The notes beneath the pieces were generated by a model. The model saw only the letters and a program-made list of their open reading frames with translations. It was not told the origin of the DNA and did not search any database. Below are positions 47,859 to 56,641 of a stretch of 64,000 nucleotides of DNA, piece by piece; position 1 is the stretch's first letter; each line of letters opens with the position of its first letter. Origin of the DNA: an uncultured Bacteroidales bacterium (GTDB lineage Bacteria; Bacteroidota; Bacteroidia; Bacteroidales; B18-G4). The translations under genes and the position numbers were made by a program. The stretch is from assembly GCA_964487735.1 (NCBI GenBank), contig CAZASJ010000002.1:36362-100361 (forward strand). The letters are read 5' to 3'.

Positions 47859-49757
47859 ATGACGTTAAAAGGATTTATATCGATCTCGTTTGCTTTGCTG
47901 GCATGTGTTCTTGAAGCACAACATGCAAAGCCTGATACGATCATGAGCCTCGACACTGTGAATATAAGTGCAGAGCGCTATTCAGCCTATTCATCCGGAC
48001 AGAAACTGATAAGCATTAATGCAGAGGTTTTATCGGAGGATCAAAGCAATAATATTGGCGATATTCTTAATGAGCATACATCTGTATATGTACGCTCATA
48101 TGGTGGAGGTTCCATCTCAAGTATGTCGTTCAGGGGTACTTCTTCAAATCAAAGCAGTATTTTCTGGAACGGGATCAATATACGGATGCCCAGCCTGGGA
48201 AGTTCAGACCTTTCACTCATACCGGCTCCTTTTTTTGAAAATGCGTCCATCGTTTTTGGGGGCAGCAGTATCCGGTATGGCAGTGGGACGATAGGAGGGG
48301 CTGTGTTTCTTGATAATAAGGCTTCATTTGACGGCAAAACAAATGCTGCTGCAAATTTCAGAACAGGTAGCTTTGGATATATGGGAACTTCCTTGCAAGC
48401 TTCTTCATCAGGAGAAAAAATTTATGTTAAGTTGGCTTTTACTGCCAGTGAAGCGAGAAATGATTACTTATATAAAAACATAAGAGGAGAGGAGAAGAGA
48501 CTCGATAATGCAAAAGTAAGCAGCATAGGCCTGAATATCCATGCAGCAGCAAAACTGGGACCCCGGAATCAACTTGATCTGTTTTTCTGGTATCAGGAAG
48601 CTTTACGAGAGATCCCGCCAACCCTTAGCATGAGTGCAAGCGATTCATATCAGTCGGATCGTGCAGGAAGAAGCTCCATACAGTGGAAGCGATTTTTTGA
48701 TCATGGTGCCCTGTACGTTAAAACAGCATGGTTCTCAGAATATGAGAATTTTACAGATCCTTCTATTGCATTGCAATCAAGCATTAAGACCAATACCTAT
48801 TTTATTGAAACCGAATACCGGCATCAGCTTTTTAAAAATGCCAGTATGGATGCCGGGATAAGTTTTACCGGTGAAATGGCTGATATTGATGCATATGGCG
48901 GTATACAGAACAGGGATTGGATTGCTTTATTTGTAAACTACAAACAATATTTACCTAAGATCCGGTGGAACTTCGTGGCAGGCGCCCGGCAGGAGATAAG
49001 TGGAAAAACACTCTCTCCTTTTACACCATCCATTGGAATTGAAGGCCCGATCGCAGCTTTCTTATCTCAAAAATTGAGTGTTTCAAGAAACTACAGGCTT
49101 CCAAGCATGAATGAATTGTATTGGCAACCGGGAGGGAAGCCCGATATCAAACCCGAAAGCAGCTGGAATGCTGAATTCAGTTTATTAGCAGGACTATTAG
49201 AAAAACAGAACACAGGTCTGCACTTCGTGGCCACTGCATACAGTTCCTATGTATCTGACTGGATCCTTTGGTTGCCGAAAGAGAACTTCTGGACTGCCGA
49301 CAATATTAAAAATGTATGGGCCAGGGGGGTGGAATTATCAGGGGATTACGAAATCGGAAATCAGGAGAGATCATTGCAATTCGGGCTTTCATATACCTTC
49401 TCCCGGTCAACAAACGAATCTTCAGACGTAAATGGAGATTCTGAAGGAAAGCAATTGATCTATACGCCTTTGCATAATGCATCTGCCAGGCTAAAACTTG
49501 CAGTTCAAAGCTGGAAACTCATATTCATATCAAATTATTCAGGCATGAGTTATACAACAAGCGATAACCTTACTTCATTACCTGGGTACTATCTTGCTGA
49601 TATTGCCCTGCATAAGAAATTTAAAACAAGGCATATTGATATTGGACTTGTGGCAAGGATCAACAACCTCTTTAACAAGGAATATGAAGTTGTTGCATAC
49701 AGGCCCATGCCTGGTACAAATTTTAATTTTTCACTTACACTCAACTTTAATAACTAA
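47859..49757 (+). CDS. btuB: TonB-dependent receptor, probable vitamin B12 transporter (BtuB-like)
   Basis: The ORF track starts at the TTG at 47856; the ATG at 47859 is preferred. Signal peptide, then a plug domain (DTVNISAER, VYVRSYGGG, FRGTSSNQ) and a beta-barrel with aromatic-rich C-terminal strands. The B12 assignment comes from the riboswitch context. Confidence 0.8.
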   Translation: MTLKGFISISFALLACVLEAQHAKPDTIMSLDTVNISAERYSAYSSGQKLISINAEVLSEDQSNNIGDILNEHTSVYVRSYGGGSISSMSFRGTSSNQSSIFWNGINIRMPSLGSSDLSLIPAPFFENASIVFGGSSIRYGSGTIGGAVFLDNKASFDGKTNAAANFRTGSFGYMGTSLQASSSGEKIYVKLAFTASEARNDYLYKNIRGEEKRLDNAKVSSIGLNIHAAAKLGPRNQLDLFFWYQEALREIPPTLSMSASDSYQSDRAGRSSIQWKRFFDHGALYVKTAWFSEYENFTDPSIALQSSIKTNTYFIETEYRHQLFKNASMDAGISFTGEMADIDAYGGIQNRDWIALFVNYKQYLPKIRWNFVAGARQEISGKTLSPFTPSIGIEGPIAAFLSQKLSVSRNYRLPSMNELYWQPGGKPDIKPESSWNAEFSLLAGLLEKQNTGLHFVATAYSSYVSDWILWLPKENFWTADNIKNVWARGVELSGDYEIGNQERSLQFGLSYTFSRSTNESSDVNGDSEGKQLIYTPLHNASARLKLAVQSWKLIFISNYSGMSYTTSDNLTSLPGYYLADIALHKKFKTRHIDIGLVARINNLFNKEYEVVAYRPMPGTNFNFSLTLNFNN

Positions 49758-49759
49758 GC

Positions 49760-50830
49760 ATGTACAGAAAAAGTTTATTTAGTATTTTGTTGCCGGTATT
49801 GGCAATTCTTACATTGATAATATCATGTAAGAAGGATAAGGGCACAGAACCTCCTGTAATTAGGCCGGATAACCGAGTTTTTATTGTCAATGAGGGGCCT
49901 TTCCAGGATGGAGTTGGCTCATTGAGTATTTTCTATAGGGATACCGAAGAGGTAGAGAACAATGTTTTTGAAAAAATCAATGGTTTTCCGCTTGGGAATC
50001 TTGCACAATCAATTGCTGTTTATGGAGATAAAGTATATATCGTGGTGAATAATGCCGGAAGAATTGAAGTTGCATCAAAAGAAGACCTTGTTTCCCTTGG
50101 AGCGATCGAAGGTGTGGGCATGCCAAGGTATTTTCTGGGTGTGAGCGATCGAAAAGGGTATGTAACAAGCTGGGATAATATGGTGTATGTAATAGATCTT
50201 GAGGACAATACAATAATCGGTAACATCCCCACAGCTACTGGCCCTGAAAAGATGCTGATGGTGAATGAAGAGATATGGGTGTTGAATCAGGGAGGGTACA
50301 GTTACGATAGCATAGTGACAATAATTGATGGAAACAATGATCAGCTAATTATGAACCTGGTAGTCGGCAATAAGCCGAGTGGTATTGTGCAGGATAAAAA
50401 CGGAAATATCTGGGTGATGTGTTCAGGTAACGGATGGAATGGTTTTCCAGGGCCTGATGATACCCCTGCAGAATTGATTTGTATAGATCCTGTTGATCAT
50501 GGCCTTCTAAAAACCATCATTTTCCCGGATTCGGTAAATCATCCTGAAAAACTGGTTATTGATGCTGCGGGAGAGACCATGTATTTTAATTATCCGGGAG
50601 GATTGTACGCCCAATCCATATCTGAAGAAACACTTGAACTAAGGCTTGTATTGTCATCTCAAACAATGTATTACGCATTGGGATATGATCCCATTTCTAA
50701 ACTTATTTATGTAAGTGATCCCATCGACTATGTTCAGAACGGAAAGGTGTTTATGATAGATCCTGAAAATGAAGAGATCATTAAAACCATTGATGCAGGA
50801 GTGATTCCTGGTGAATTTTATTTTAATTAA
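49760..50830 (+). CDS. Surface beta-propeller lipoprotein (YncE/YVTN-like repeats), candidate cobalamin-binding BtuG-like partner
   Basis: 356 aa. Lipobox LIISCK. Repeated ...YV.N/...VID... blades. Starts 2 nt after the receptor stop. The BtuG analogy is inference from context. Confidence 0.55.
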   Translation: MYRKSLFSILLPVLAILTLIISCKKDKGTEPPVIRPDNRVFIVNEGPFQDGVGSLSIFYRDTEEVENNVFEKINGFPLGNLAQSIAVYGDKVYIVVNNAGRIEVASKEDLVSLGAIEGVGMPRYFLGVSDRKGYVTSWDNMVYVIDLEDNTIIGNIPTATGPEKMLMVNEEIWVLNQGGYSYDSIVTIIDGNNDQLIMNLVVGNKPSGIVQDKNGNIWVMCSGNGWNGFPGPDDTPAELICIDPVDHGLLKTIIFPDSVNHPEKLVIDAAGETMYFNYPGGLYAQSISEETLELRLVLSSQTMYYALGYDPISKLIYVSDPIDYVQNGKVFMIDPENEEIIKTIDAGVIPGEFYFN

Positions 50831-50967
50831 TAAATGTTATTTTTTATTGGCTTCTTATTGCCGATAGCTTACCTCTTAAGCCACTTATGCGGTATTCGAT
50901 ACTCTGGTTTCAGCAGCCGATAAACAATTATCTTTACAAATTGTTAGCTTATTAAATCAATACAAAT

Positions 50968-51381
50968 ATGAAGCATAAAATATCAAGCCTCTGGAAAGAA
51001 AACATGTCCTTTGAGGCGGAAGTAAATGGATTTAAGATCACTCTTGATGCTGACGAAGCTGTTGGCGGACAGAATCTTGGGCCCAGACCAAAGGCACTTA
51101 CACTTGTTTCCCTGGCGGGATGTACATCCATGGATGTGATCTCGATTCTCAAAAAAATGAGGGTAAATCCGGATTATTTTAATGTGGAAGTTGAAGGTGA
51201 ACTTACTGAGGAGCATCCAAAGTATTATGAGCACATTCATATTAAATATATCTTCAGGGGCAAAGACTTGCCAATGGATAAACTGGAGAAGGCGATAAAT
51301 CTTTCGCAAGACAGGTATTGTGGTGTTAGCGCCATGCTCAATAAGTCAGCACGGATCACCCACGAAATAGTAGTGGAATAA
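50968..51381 (+). CDS. OsmC family peroxiredoxin-like protein
   Basis: 137 aa. Contains GPRPKALTLVSLAGCTSMDV and YCGVSAML, the two conserved Cys. Confidence 0.88.
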   Translation: MKHKISSLWKENMSFEAEVNGFKITLDADEAVGGQNLGPRPKALTLVSLAGCTSMDVISILKKMRVNPDYFNVEVEGELTEEHPKYYEHIHIKYIFRGKDLPMDKLEKAINLSQDRYCGVSAMLNKSARITHEIVVE

Positions 51382-51390
51382 ACCATTCAG

Positions 51391-51462
51391 TCCCGATTCC
51401 TGGTCCCCGGGATCGAAGATCAACGAAAAACAATGAAATCAAGTATTTTTGGTTTTTCGGGA
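51391..51462. mobile_element. MITE-like non-coding hairpin element, copy 2 (72 bp)
   Basis: Termini TCCCGA ... TCGGGA. Flanking 7-mers are CATTCAG (51384-51390) and CATCCAG (51463-51469), 6 of 7 identical. The core TCGAAGATCAACGAAAAACAATGAAATCAAGTATTTTTGGTTTTTCGGGA aligns with 23287-23336. Confidence 0.45.
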
Positions 51463-51490
51463 CATCCAGTATCTAGTATCCAGTATCCAA
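51463..51490. repeat. Tandem heptanucleotide array, 4 units (CATCCAG TATCTAG TATCCAG TATCCAA)
   Basis: Read directly. Overlaps the last five codons and the stop codon of the NUDIX gene. Confidence 0.85.
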
Positions 51491-52117
51491 CACATCCACC
51501 ACTTCCCTTAGCATCATAGCTGTAGCACCCCAAATAATGTGGTTCTGTATATAAAAACAGGGAACGTCAATAATATTGAATTCCCTGTGGGAAATATTTC
51601 TGTTTTGCATATTCTCAGGATTTAAGAGATCATATAGTGGAATACAGAGAATTTGCGAAACCTCAGCAGGTTCAGGCTTCAGATCAGGTTTTTCATTGCA
51701 CCAGCCAACAACAGGCTTTACGATGAAATTGCTGGGAGGAATATAAACAGGAGTCATTTCTCCAAGGACCTCAACGGATTCCATCTGAATATTCGTTTCT
51801 TCTTCCGCTTCGCGTAATGCTGTGTATGTCAGGTCAGGATCACTCTTCTCAAATTGGCCTCCCGGGAATGATATCTGCCCACTGTGGACACCATCATATT
51901 CATTTCTTTTTATCAGGATCAGATGAATGTCTCCTGGATTGTCGGGGTAAAAGCAAATCAGGACCGCTGATTTCTTTGCCTTTTGATTCCATGAATAGCT
52001 CTCAATTTCTTTCCTTCTGATCTCCGGTATCATCTTCAATTGAGATTGCAGTCCGGGAAGTTTCCCTGCGAGTTTTCGTTTTAGGGATATTTTAAATTCG
52101 TTTTGCTTATCAGTCAT
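51473..52117 (-). CDS. NUDIX hydrolase (CoA pyrophosphatase-like)
   Basis: 214 aa. Nudix box GGQFEKSDPDLTYTALREAEEETNI. Confidence 0.85.
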   Translation of the reverse strand: MTDKQNEFKISLKRKLAGKLPGLQSQLKMIPEIRRKEIESYSWNQKAKKSAVLICFYPDNPGDIHLILIKRNEYDGVHSGQISFPGGQFEKSDPDLTYTALREAEEETNIQMESVEVLGEMTPVYIPPSNFIVKPVVGWCNEKPDLKPEPAEVSQILCIPLYDLLNPENMQNRNISHREFNIIDVPCFYIQNHIIWGATAMMLREVVDVLDTGY

Positions 52118-52294
52118 TGCATTGCAAAAGTATAAAAACTCATCTTGCCCAACTTCAAGTATTCTGCGTTTTTCATCGGATTTAAGTTTTGAAGGGACCT
52201 TTTATGACATCTTTCATCAACAATAAAACTATTTCCACAATTTTGTCCAAAGCTGCTAAAAATTCATTATCTTTATCCATCTGTTTTCCAATGC

Positions 52295-52567
52295 ATGGTA
52301 AAAGAAAAAACATATATATCAGGAGATACAGATGAGCTCTTGTCAGATGAACGATCTTTAGTGTTGTTCAACGATGATCATAACACATTTGATCATGTGA
52401 TCAAGTCATTGATTGAAGTATGCAGACATGAACATCAACAGGCGGAGCAGTGTGCTCTGATAACCCATCTTAATGGGAAATGCGGAGTGAAGTCCGGCCC
52501 GATTGATGAATTGAAACCCATACATAAAGAACTGGGACGAAGAGACCTTACCGTGGAAATACACTAA
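52295..52567 (+). CDS. clpS: ATP-dependent Clp protease adaptor ClpS
   Basis: 90 aa. Contains LVLFNDDHNTFDHVIKSLIEVCRH...QAEQCALITHLNGKCGV. Confidence 0.9.
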   Translation: MVKEKTYISGDTDELLSDERSLVLFNDDHNTFDHVIKSLIEVCRHEHQQAEQCALITHLNGKCGVKSGPIDELKPIHKELGRRDLTVEIH

Positions 52568-52590
52568 ATGTTGAATTAAATTTTCAATAA

Positions 52591-53058
52591 ATGTTCTGGC
52601 TTGTTGTAGTTACCTTAATATTGATAGGACTGGCTTTCCTCTTACTGGAAATATTGGTTATTCCCGGTACAGGCGTAGCCGGAATTGTTGGATTTATTGT
52701 GCTTGGAATCGGAGTGTGGCAGGGGTATTCATATTATGGAGACACTACCGGCCATTGGATCTTGGGAGGCACCATTTTAGGAACAGTTGCCGTGCTGGCC
52801 TATTCGTTACGGGCTAAAACCTGGCGAAGGGTGGCATTAAATTCAGAGATTGATAGCCGGGTGAACCTCATTGACGAAGTGAACCTGAAGCGGGGTGATG
52901 AAGGAAAGACTGTTTCCAGACTGGCCCCTTCAGGAAAAGCTATGTTTAATAATGAGTTCTGCGAGGTACATACATTTGGAGCCTTTATTGATCCTGGAAA
53001 AGCAATTATTATTGAGAAAATAGAAGACCACAAAATTTTTGTTAAACCAAAAGAATAA
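52591..53058 (+). CDS. NfeD family membrane protein
   Basis: 155 aa. N-terminal TM helices plus a C-terminal OB-fold-like domain ([15 protein letters not shown]...). Sits immediately upstream of floA. Confidence 0.8.
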   Translation: MFWLVVVTLILIGLAFLLLEILVIPGTGVAGIVGFIVLGIGVWQGYSYYGDTTGHWILGGTILGTVAVLAYSLRAKTWRRVALNSEIDSRVNLIDEVNLKRGDEGKTVSRLAPSGKAMFNNEFCEVHTFGAFIDPGKAIIIEKIEDHKIFVKPKE

Positions 53059-53063
53059 ATAAC

Positions 53064-54071
53064 ATGGACCCACAAGTTTGGATTATTATTGCGATCGGAT
53101 TCGGAGCACTTTTTGCCCTATGGCTGATCTTTTACTTTATTCCGGTTGGATTATGGTTTAAAGCGCTGGTTTCCGGTGTCAAAATATCATTGTTGCAACT
53201 CGTATTTATGCGCTGGAGAAAAGTGCCTCCACCTGTAATTGTAAATAGCCTCATTGCTTCTACCAAAGCTGGATTAAAGCTGAACAGAGATGCACTGGAA
53301 GCACATTATCTTGCCGGCGGGCATGTAAAGTCAGTAGTTAATGCGCTAATTTCCGCTGATAAGGCCAATATGTCGCTCGATTTCAAAACAGCAACAGCTA
53401 TTGACCTTGCGGGAAGGGATGTTCTGGAGGCAGTGCAGATGTCAGTAAACCCAAAAGTTATTGACACTCCACCCGTTACAGCTGTTGCAAAAGATGGTAT
53501 TCAGCTAATTGCTAAAGCCAGGGTTACTGTAAGAGCCAATATCAAGCAATTGGTTGGTGGTGCCGGTGAAGAGACTGTCCTTGCCAGGGTTGGTGAAGGT
53601 GTTGTTTCTTCTATCGGGTCGGCAGATTCACATAAATCAGTACTGGAGAACCCTGATTCAATTTCGAGGGTAGTTTTGGAAAAAGGACTTGACTCAGGAA
53701 CTGCATTTGAGATATTATCCATCGATATTGCTGATATTGACATCGGAAAAAATATTGGTGCCGTGCTTCAAATGGACCAGGCCAATGCCGATAAAAATAT
53801 TGCCCAGGCAAAAGCGGAAGAACGCAGGGCCATGGCTGTTGCTTCTGAACAGGAAATGAAGGCCAAAGCACAGGAAGCCAGGGCCAATGTGATCCAGGCA
53901 GAAGCAGAAATACCAAGGGCTATTGCTGAGGCATTCCGTGCAGGTAACCTTGGCGTAATGGATTATTATAAATATAAAAACATTATGGCAGATACCAATA
54001 TGAGGGAATCCATTGCTGAACCACCTGTAAAACCTTCCAAAATCAGTCGTGAAGATAAAGACGATGAATAA
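53064..54071 (+). CDS. floA: Flotillin-like protein FloA (SPFH domain)
   Basis: 335 aa. One N-terminal TM helix. Contains [21 protein letters not shown] and an Ala/Glu-rich coiled coil. Confidence 0.88.
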   Translation: MDPQVWIIIAIGFGALFALWLIFYFIPVGLWFKALVSGVKISLLQLVFMRWRKVPPPVIVNSLIASTKAGLKLNRDALEAHYLAGGHVKSVVNALISADKANMSLDFKTATAIDLAGRDVLEAVQMSVNPKVIDTPPVTAVAKDGIQLIAKARVTVRANIKQLVGGAGEETVLARVGEGVVSSIGSADSHKSVLENPDSISRVVLEKGLDSGTAFEILSIDIADIDIGKNIGAVLQMDQANADKNIAQAKAEERRAMAVASEQEMKAKAQEARANVIQAEAEIPRAIAEAFRAGNLGVMDYYKYKNIMADTNMRESIAEPPVKPSKISREDKDDE

Positions 54072-54094
54072 ACGATAAGGAAATTATATCTTAT

Positions 54095-54135
54095 AAATCC
54101 CTGCCAATCAGTAGTGATGGCAGGGATTTTTAATT
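54095..54135 (+). terminator. Rho-independent terminator after floA
   Basis: Stem AAATCCCTGCCA / TGGCAGGGATTT (12 bp), 11-nt loop, followed by TTAATTTATTT. Confidence 0.75.
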
Positions 54136-54143
54136 TATTTGGC

Positions 54144-54151
54144 TATTTTTG
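54144..54151 (+). promoter_or_regulatory. Candidate -7 box TATTTTTG for the RelA/SpoT gene
   Basis: Matches TAnnTTTG, 31 nt upstream of the ATG at 54182. The ORF-track TTG start at 54149 lies inside this box. Confidence 0.45.
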
Positions 54152-54181
54152 CGCCAGCCCGCTAGTATAATAAGCATATAC

Positions 54182-56365
54182 ATGACACTTCAAACGGAAG
54201 AAATAAGAGAGACAGAACTTCTCTTTAATAAGCTTAAAGATAGCTGTATAGCCTTCTGCGATGAAGATGAATTGGCCTTGATACAAAAGGCCTATGAAAT
54301 GGCTCTCAGAGGTCATGGGAATACCAGGGCGGCCAATGGACAGCTCAATGTAGTTCATTCCTTGCATATTGCCCGTTCTACAACCGAAGACATTGGCCTG
54401 GGAGCTACCTCCATTGTATCTGCATTGCTTCACGATGTTGTAAACAAAACCGAAATTACGCTGCCTGAGATCAGGGAAACGTTTGGAAGCCTGGTATCAA
54501 ATCTCATTGAGGAATATACAAAACTTTCCAATCTGAATACTAAGCGAATAGAAGTGAATTCAGTAAAGTTCAGAAACCTTTTCATGACCATTGTGGATGA
54601 TGTACGGGTTATCTTGCTTAAACTGGCTCACCGCTTGCATGACATGCGTACAATACATGATCTTCCAAAGGAAAAACAGGAGTTGTTTCTTGCTGAAACA
54701 GAACATGTATACCTGCCGATCACACACAGGCTTGGCTTGTATAAAGTAAAAACTGAACTTGAGGAAAGATTGATGCAGTATAAGCTCCCGGAGGTTTTTG
54801 CAGAACTATCAGAAAAGATAACAGTTACTGAAAGCAAACGCAAACTTTTTATCAACGATTTCATCGAACCTATCAGAAGGGAGTTGATCACCCAGGGCTT
54901 TGATTGTGAAATAAAAGGAAGACCAAAATCGATCCATTCCATTTGGGATAAGATGAAGCGTCAGGATGATGATTTCGAAGAAGTTTACGATCTTTTTGCA
55001 ATTCGAATCATCAGTGAAAGCAAAAAGAAGAATGAAAAAACCGATTGCTGGAGAATTTATTCCATTGTTACGAATATATATCCGCCGAACCCGAAACGAC
55101 TTCGGGATTGGATAAGTACTCCCAAGGCAAGTGGTTATGAATCGCTTCATACCACTGTTCAAGACCCCAATAAGAGATGGGTAGAAGTCCAGATCCGCAG
55201 CAGGAGAATGGACGAACTTGCTGAAAAGGGACAGGCAGCTCACTGGAGGTATAAAGGATTTGATACGGGAAAAGATGCTCAGTCTTATCTTGAACAAGTT
55301 CGTGATATCATCGAAAACCCCGGCCAGATAAATTTTGATATCCAGCAGGATAAGGCCAGATCTGCCAAAGCGCAAAAAATCTTTGTTTTTACCCCTAACG
55401 GAGATCTAAAAGAACTGCCCAACGGGGCCACAATCCTTGATTTTGCTTATGAAGTCCACACCAGGGTGGGAGACCAGTGCAATGGTGCCAGGGTAAACAA
55501 TAAAATTGTTCCTATCAGGTATGTCTTGAATAACGGTGACAAGGTTGAGATCATTACATCCAAAAACCAAAAACCCAAACTCGACTGGTTGAAGGTAGTG
55601 ATCACAACCAAGGCGAAAAACAAGATCAAACGATCCATAAAAGAACAGAAGTTTCATGAAGCCCAGGAGGGAAATGATATACTGAGAAGAAAGCTCAGGA
55701 ACTGGAAAATGACTTTCAATGACGAGAATGTGGATAAACTTGTAAAACATTATAAGTTGTCTTCTTCTCTTGATCTCTATAGCATGATTGCTTTTGAGAA
55801 GGTTGATATGAACGAGATCAGGCAATTATTACAGGATAAAACTGACCCTGATAAGGTGAAACCTGATCCTGTGCTACCTGTACCCGGCAAATTAAGCACT
55901 CATCAGGAAGATAATTTTCTTCTGATCGATAATAATCTTGATCATGTTAACTATAAACTTGCAAAATGTTGCAATCCAATTCCAGGAGATGATGTCAGCG
56001 GATTTGTAACAATAGGACATGGCATAAGCATTCATAGAAAGTCATGTCCGAACGCAAAACGTATGCTGGAAAAATATGGATACCGACACATCAATGTCGA
56101 GTGGAAGAAACCAGAAGGCGAATCTGCATTCCAAACAACCATCCGGATTACCGGAGAGGATAAGATTGGTATGCTGGGAGAAATAACAGCAGTTATCTCA
56201 GGTGATCTGAGGGTGAATATGCAATCCGTAAAAGTAGATTCAAAAAATAAAGTGTTTACAGGGCATATTAAGCTCACTGTGCGAGATTCCAGGCATTTGG
56301 ATGAATTGGTTCATAAATTATTAAAAATTAAAGGAGTTATTAAAGCAAATAGAATTGATAAATAG
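54182..56365 (+). CDS. Bifunctional (p)ppGpp synthetase/hydrolase (RelA/SpoT homolog)
   Basis: About 727 aa from the ATG at 54182. HD hydrolase domain (ALLHDVV). Synthetase region (GRPKSIHSIWDKM, YESLHTTV). TGS domain (VFTPNGDLKELPNGATILDFAY) and a C-terminal ACT-like domain. Confidence 0.92.
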   Translation: MTLQTEEIRETELLFNKLKDSCIAFCDEDELALIQKAYEMALRGHGNTRAANGQLNVVHSLHIARSTTEDIGLGATSIVSALLHDVVNKTEITLPEIRETFGSLVSNLIEEYTKLSNLNTKRIEVNSVKFRNLFMTIVDDVRVILLKLAHRLHDMRTIHDLPKEKQELFLAETEHVYLPITHRLGLYKVKTELEERLMQYKLPEVFAELSEKITVTESKRKLFINDFIEPIRRELITQGFDCEIKGRPKSIHSIWDKMKRQDDDFEEVYDLFAIRIISESKKKNEKTDCWRIYSIVTNIYPPNPKRLRDWISTPKASGYESLHTTVQDPNKRWVEVQIRSRRMDELAEKGQAAHWRYKGFDTGKDAQSYLEQVRDIIENPGQINFDIQQDKARSAKAQKIFVFTPNGDLKELPNGATILDFAYEVHTRVGDQCNGARVNNKIVPIRYVLNNGDKVEIITSKNQKPKLDWLKVVITTKAKNKIKRSIKEQKFHEAQEGNDILRRKLRNWKMTFNDENVDKLVKHYKLSSSLDLYSMIAFEKVDMNEIRQLLQDKTDPDKVKPDPVLPVPGKLSTHQEDNFLLIDNNLDHVNYKLAKCCNPIPGDDVSGFVTIGHGISIHRKSCPNAKRMLEKYGYRHINVEWKKPEGESAFQTTIRITGEDKIGMLGEITAVISGDLRVNMQSVKVDSKNKVFTGHIKLTVRDSRHLDELVHKLLKIKGVIKANRIDK

Positions 56366-56594
56366 TTGCTTTTTGGATGAAGAATTCGTATCTTTACTTC
56401 TGAAAATTCTTGATCAATAGAAAGTTTGTGTTAAATATTTGTTAAAGAAAAAACATAGAAGCAGTAATTTTGTTTATTTGTTAAGACTAAGAAAAGTATA
56501 TGATATTCCAGGAAGAGCTTGGCTATTACCTCTTTCCTTTCTTTAATTCTCTATTGGTTTTTATTCGTGATCAAGGGTAATAGCCTTTTTTAGA

Positions 56595-56624
56595 AAACGG
56601 CGGCTCAGGCCGCCGTTTTTTTTA
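56595..56624 (+). terminator. Rho-independent terminator
   Basis: AAAACGGCGGC-TCAG-GCCGCCGTTTT followed by TTTT. GC-rich stem. Confidence 0.8.
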
Positions 56625-56641
56625 TCTTTGTTCGAGTCATT

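Noticed and set aside
52295-54071. clpS-nfeD-floA as a novel functional module
   Set aside because: nfeD-floA is a well-known conserved pair. The clpS adjacency (23-nt gap) may be simple operon packing. There is no sequence evidence of a functional link.
54149-54181. Upstream alternative starts proposed by the track (TTG at 54149 for RelA/SpoT, 37844 for rpmG, TTG at 47856 for the TonB receptor, 8541 for the small protein upstream of mutL)
   Set aside because: At 54149 the extension runs through a predicted -7 promoter box, and at 37844 it begins inside one. The TTG at 47856 adds a single codon directly before an ATG. The extension to 8541 looks like non-coding leader. In every case a downstream ATG gives a canonical N-terminus.
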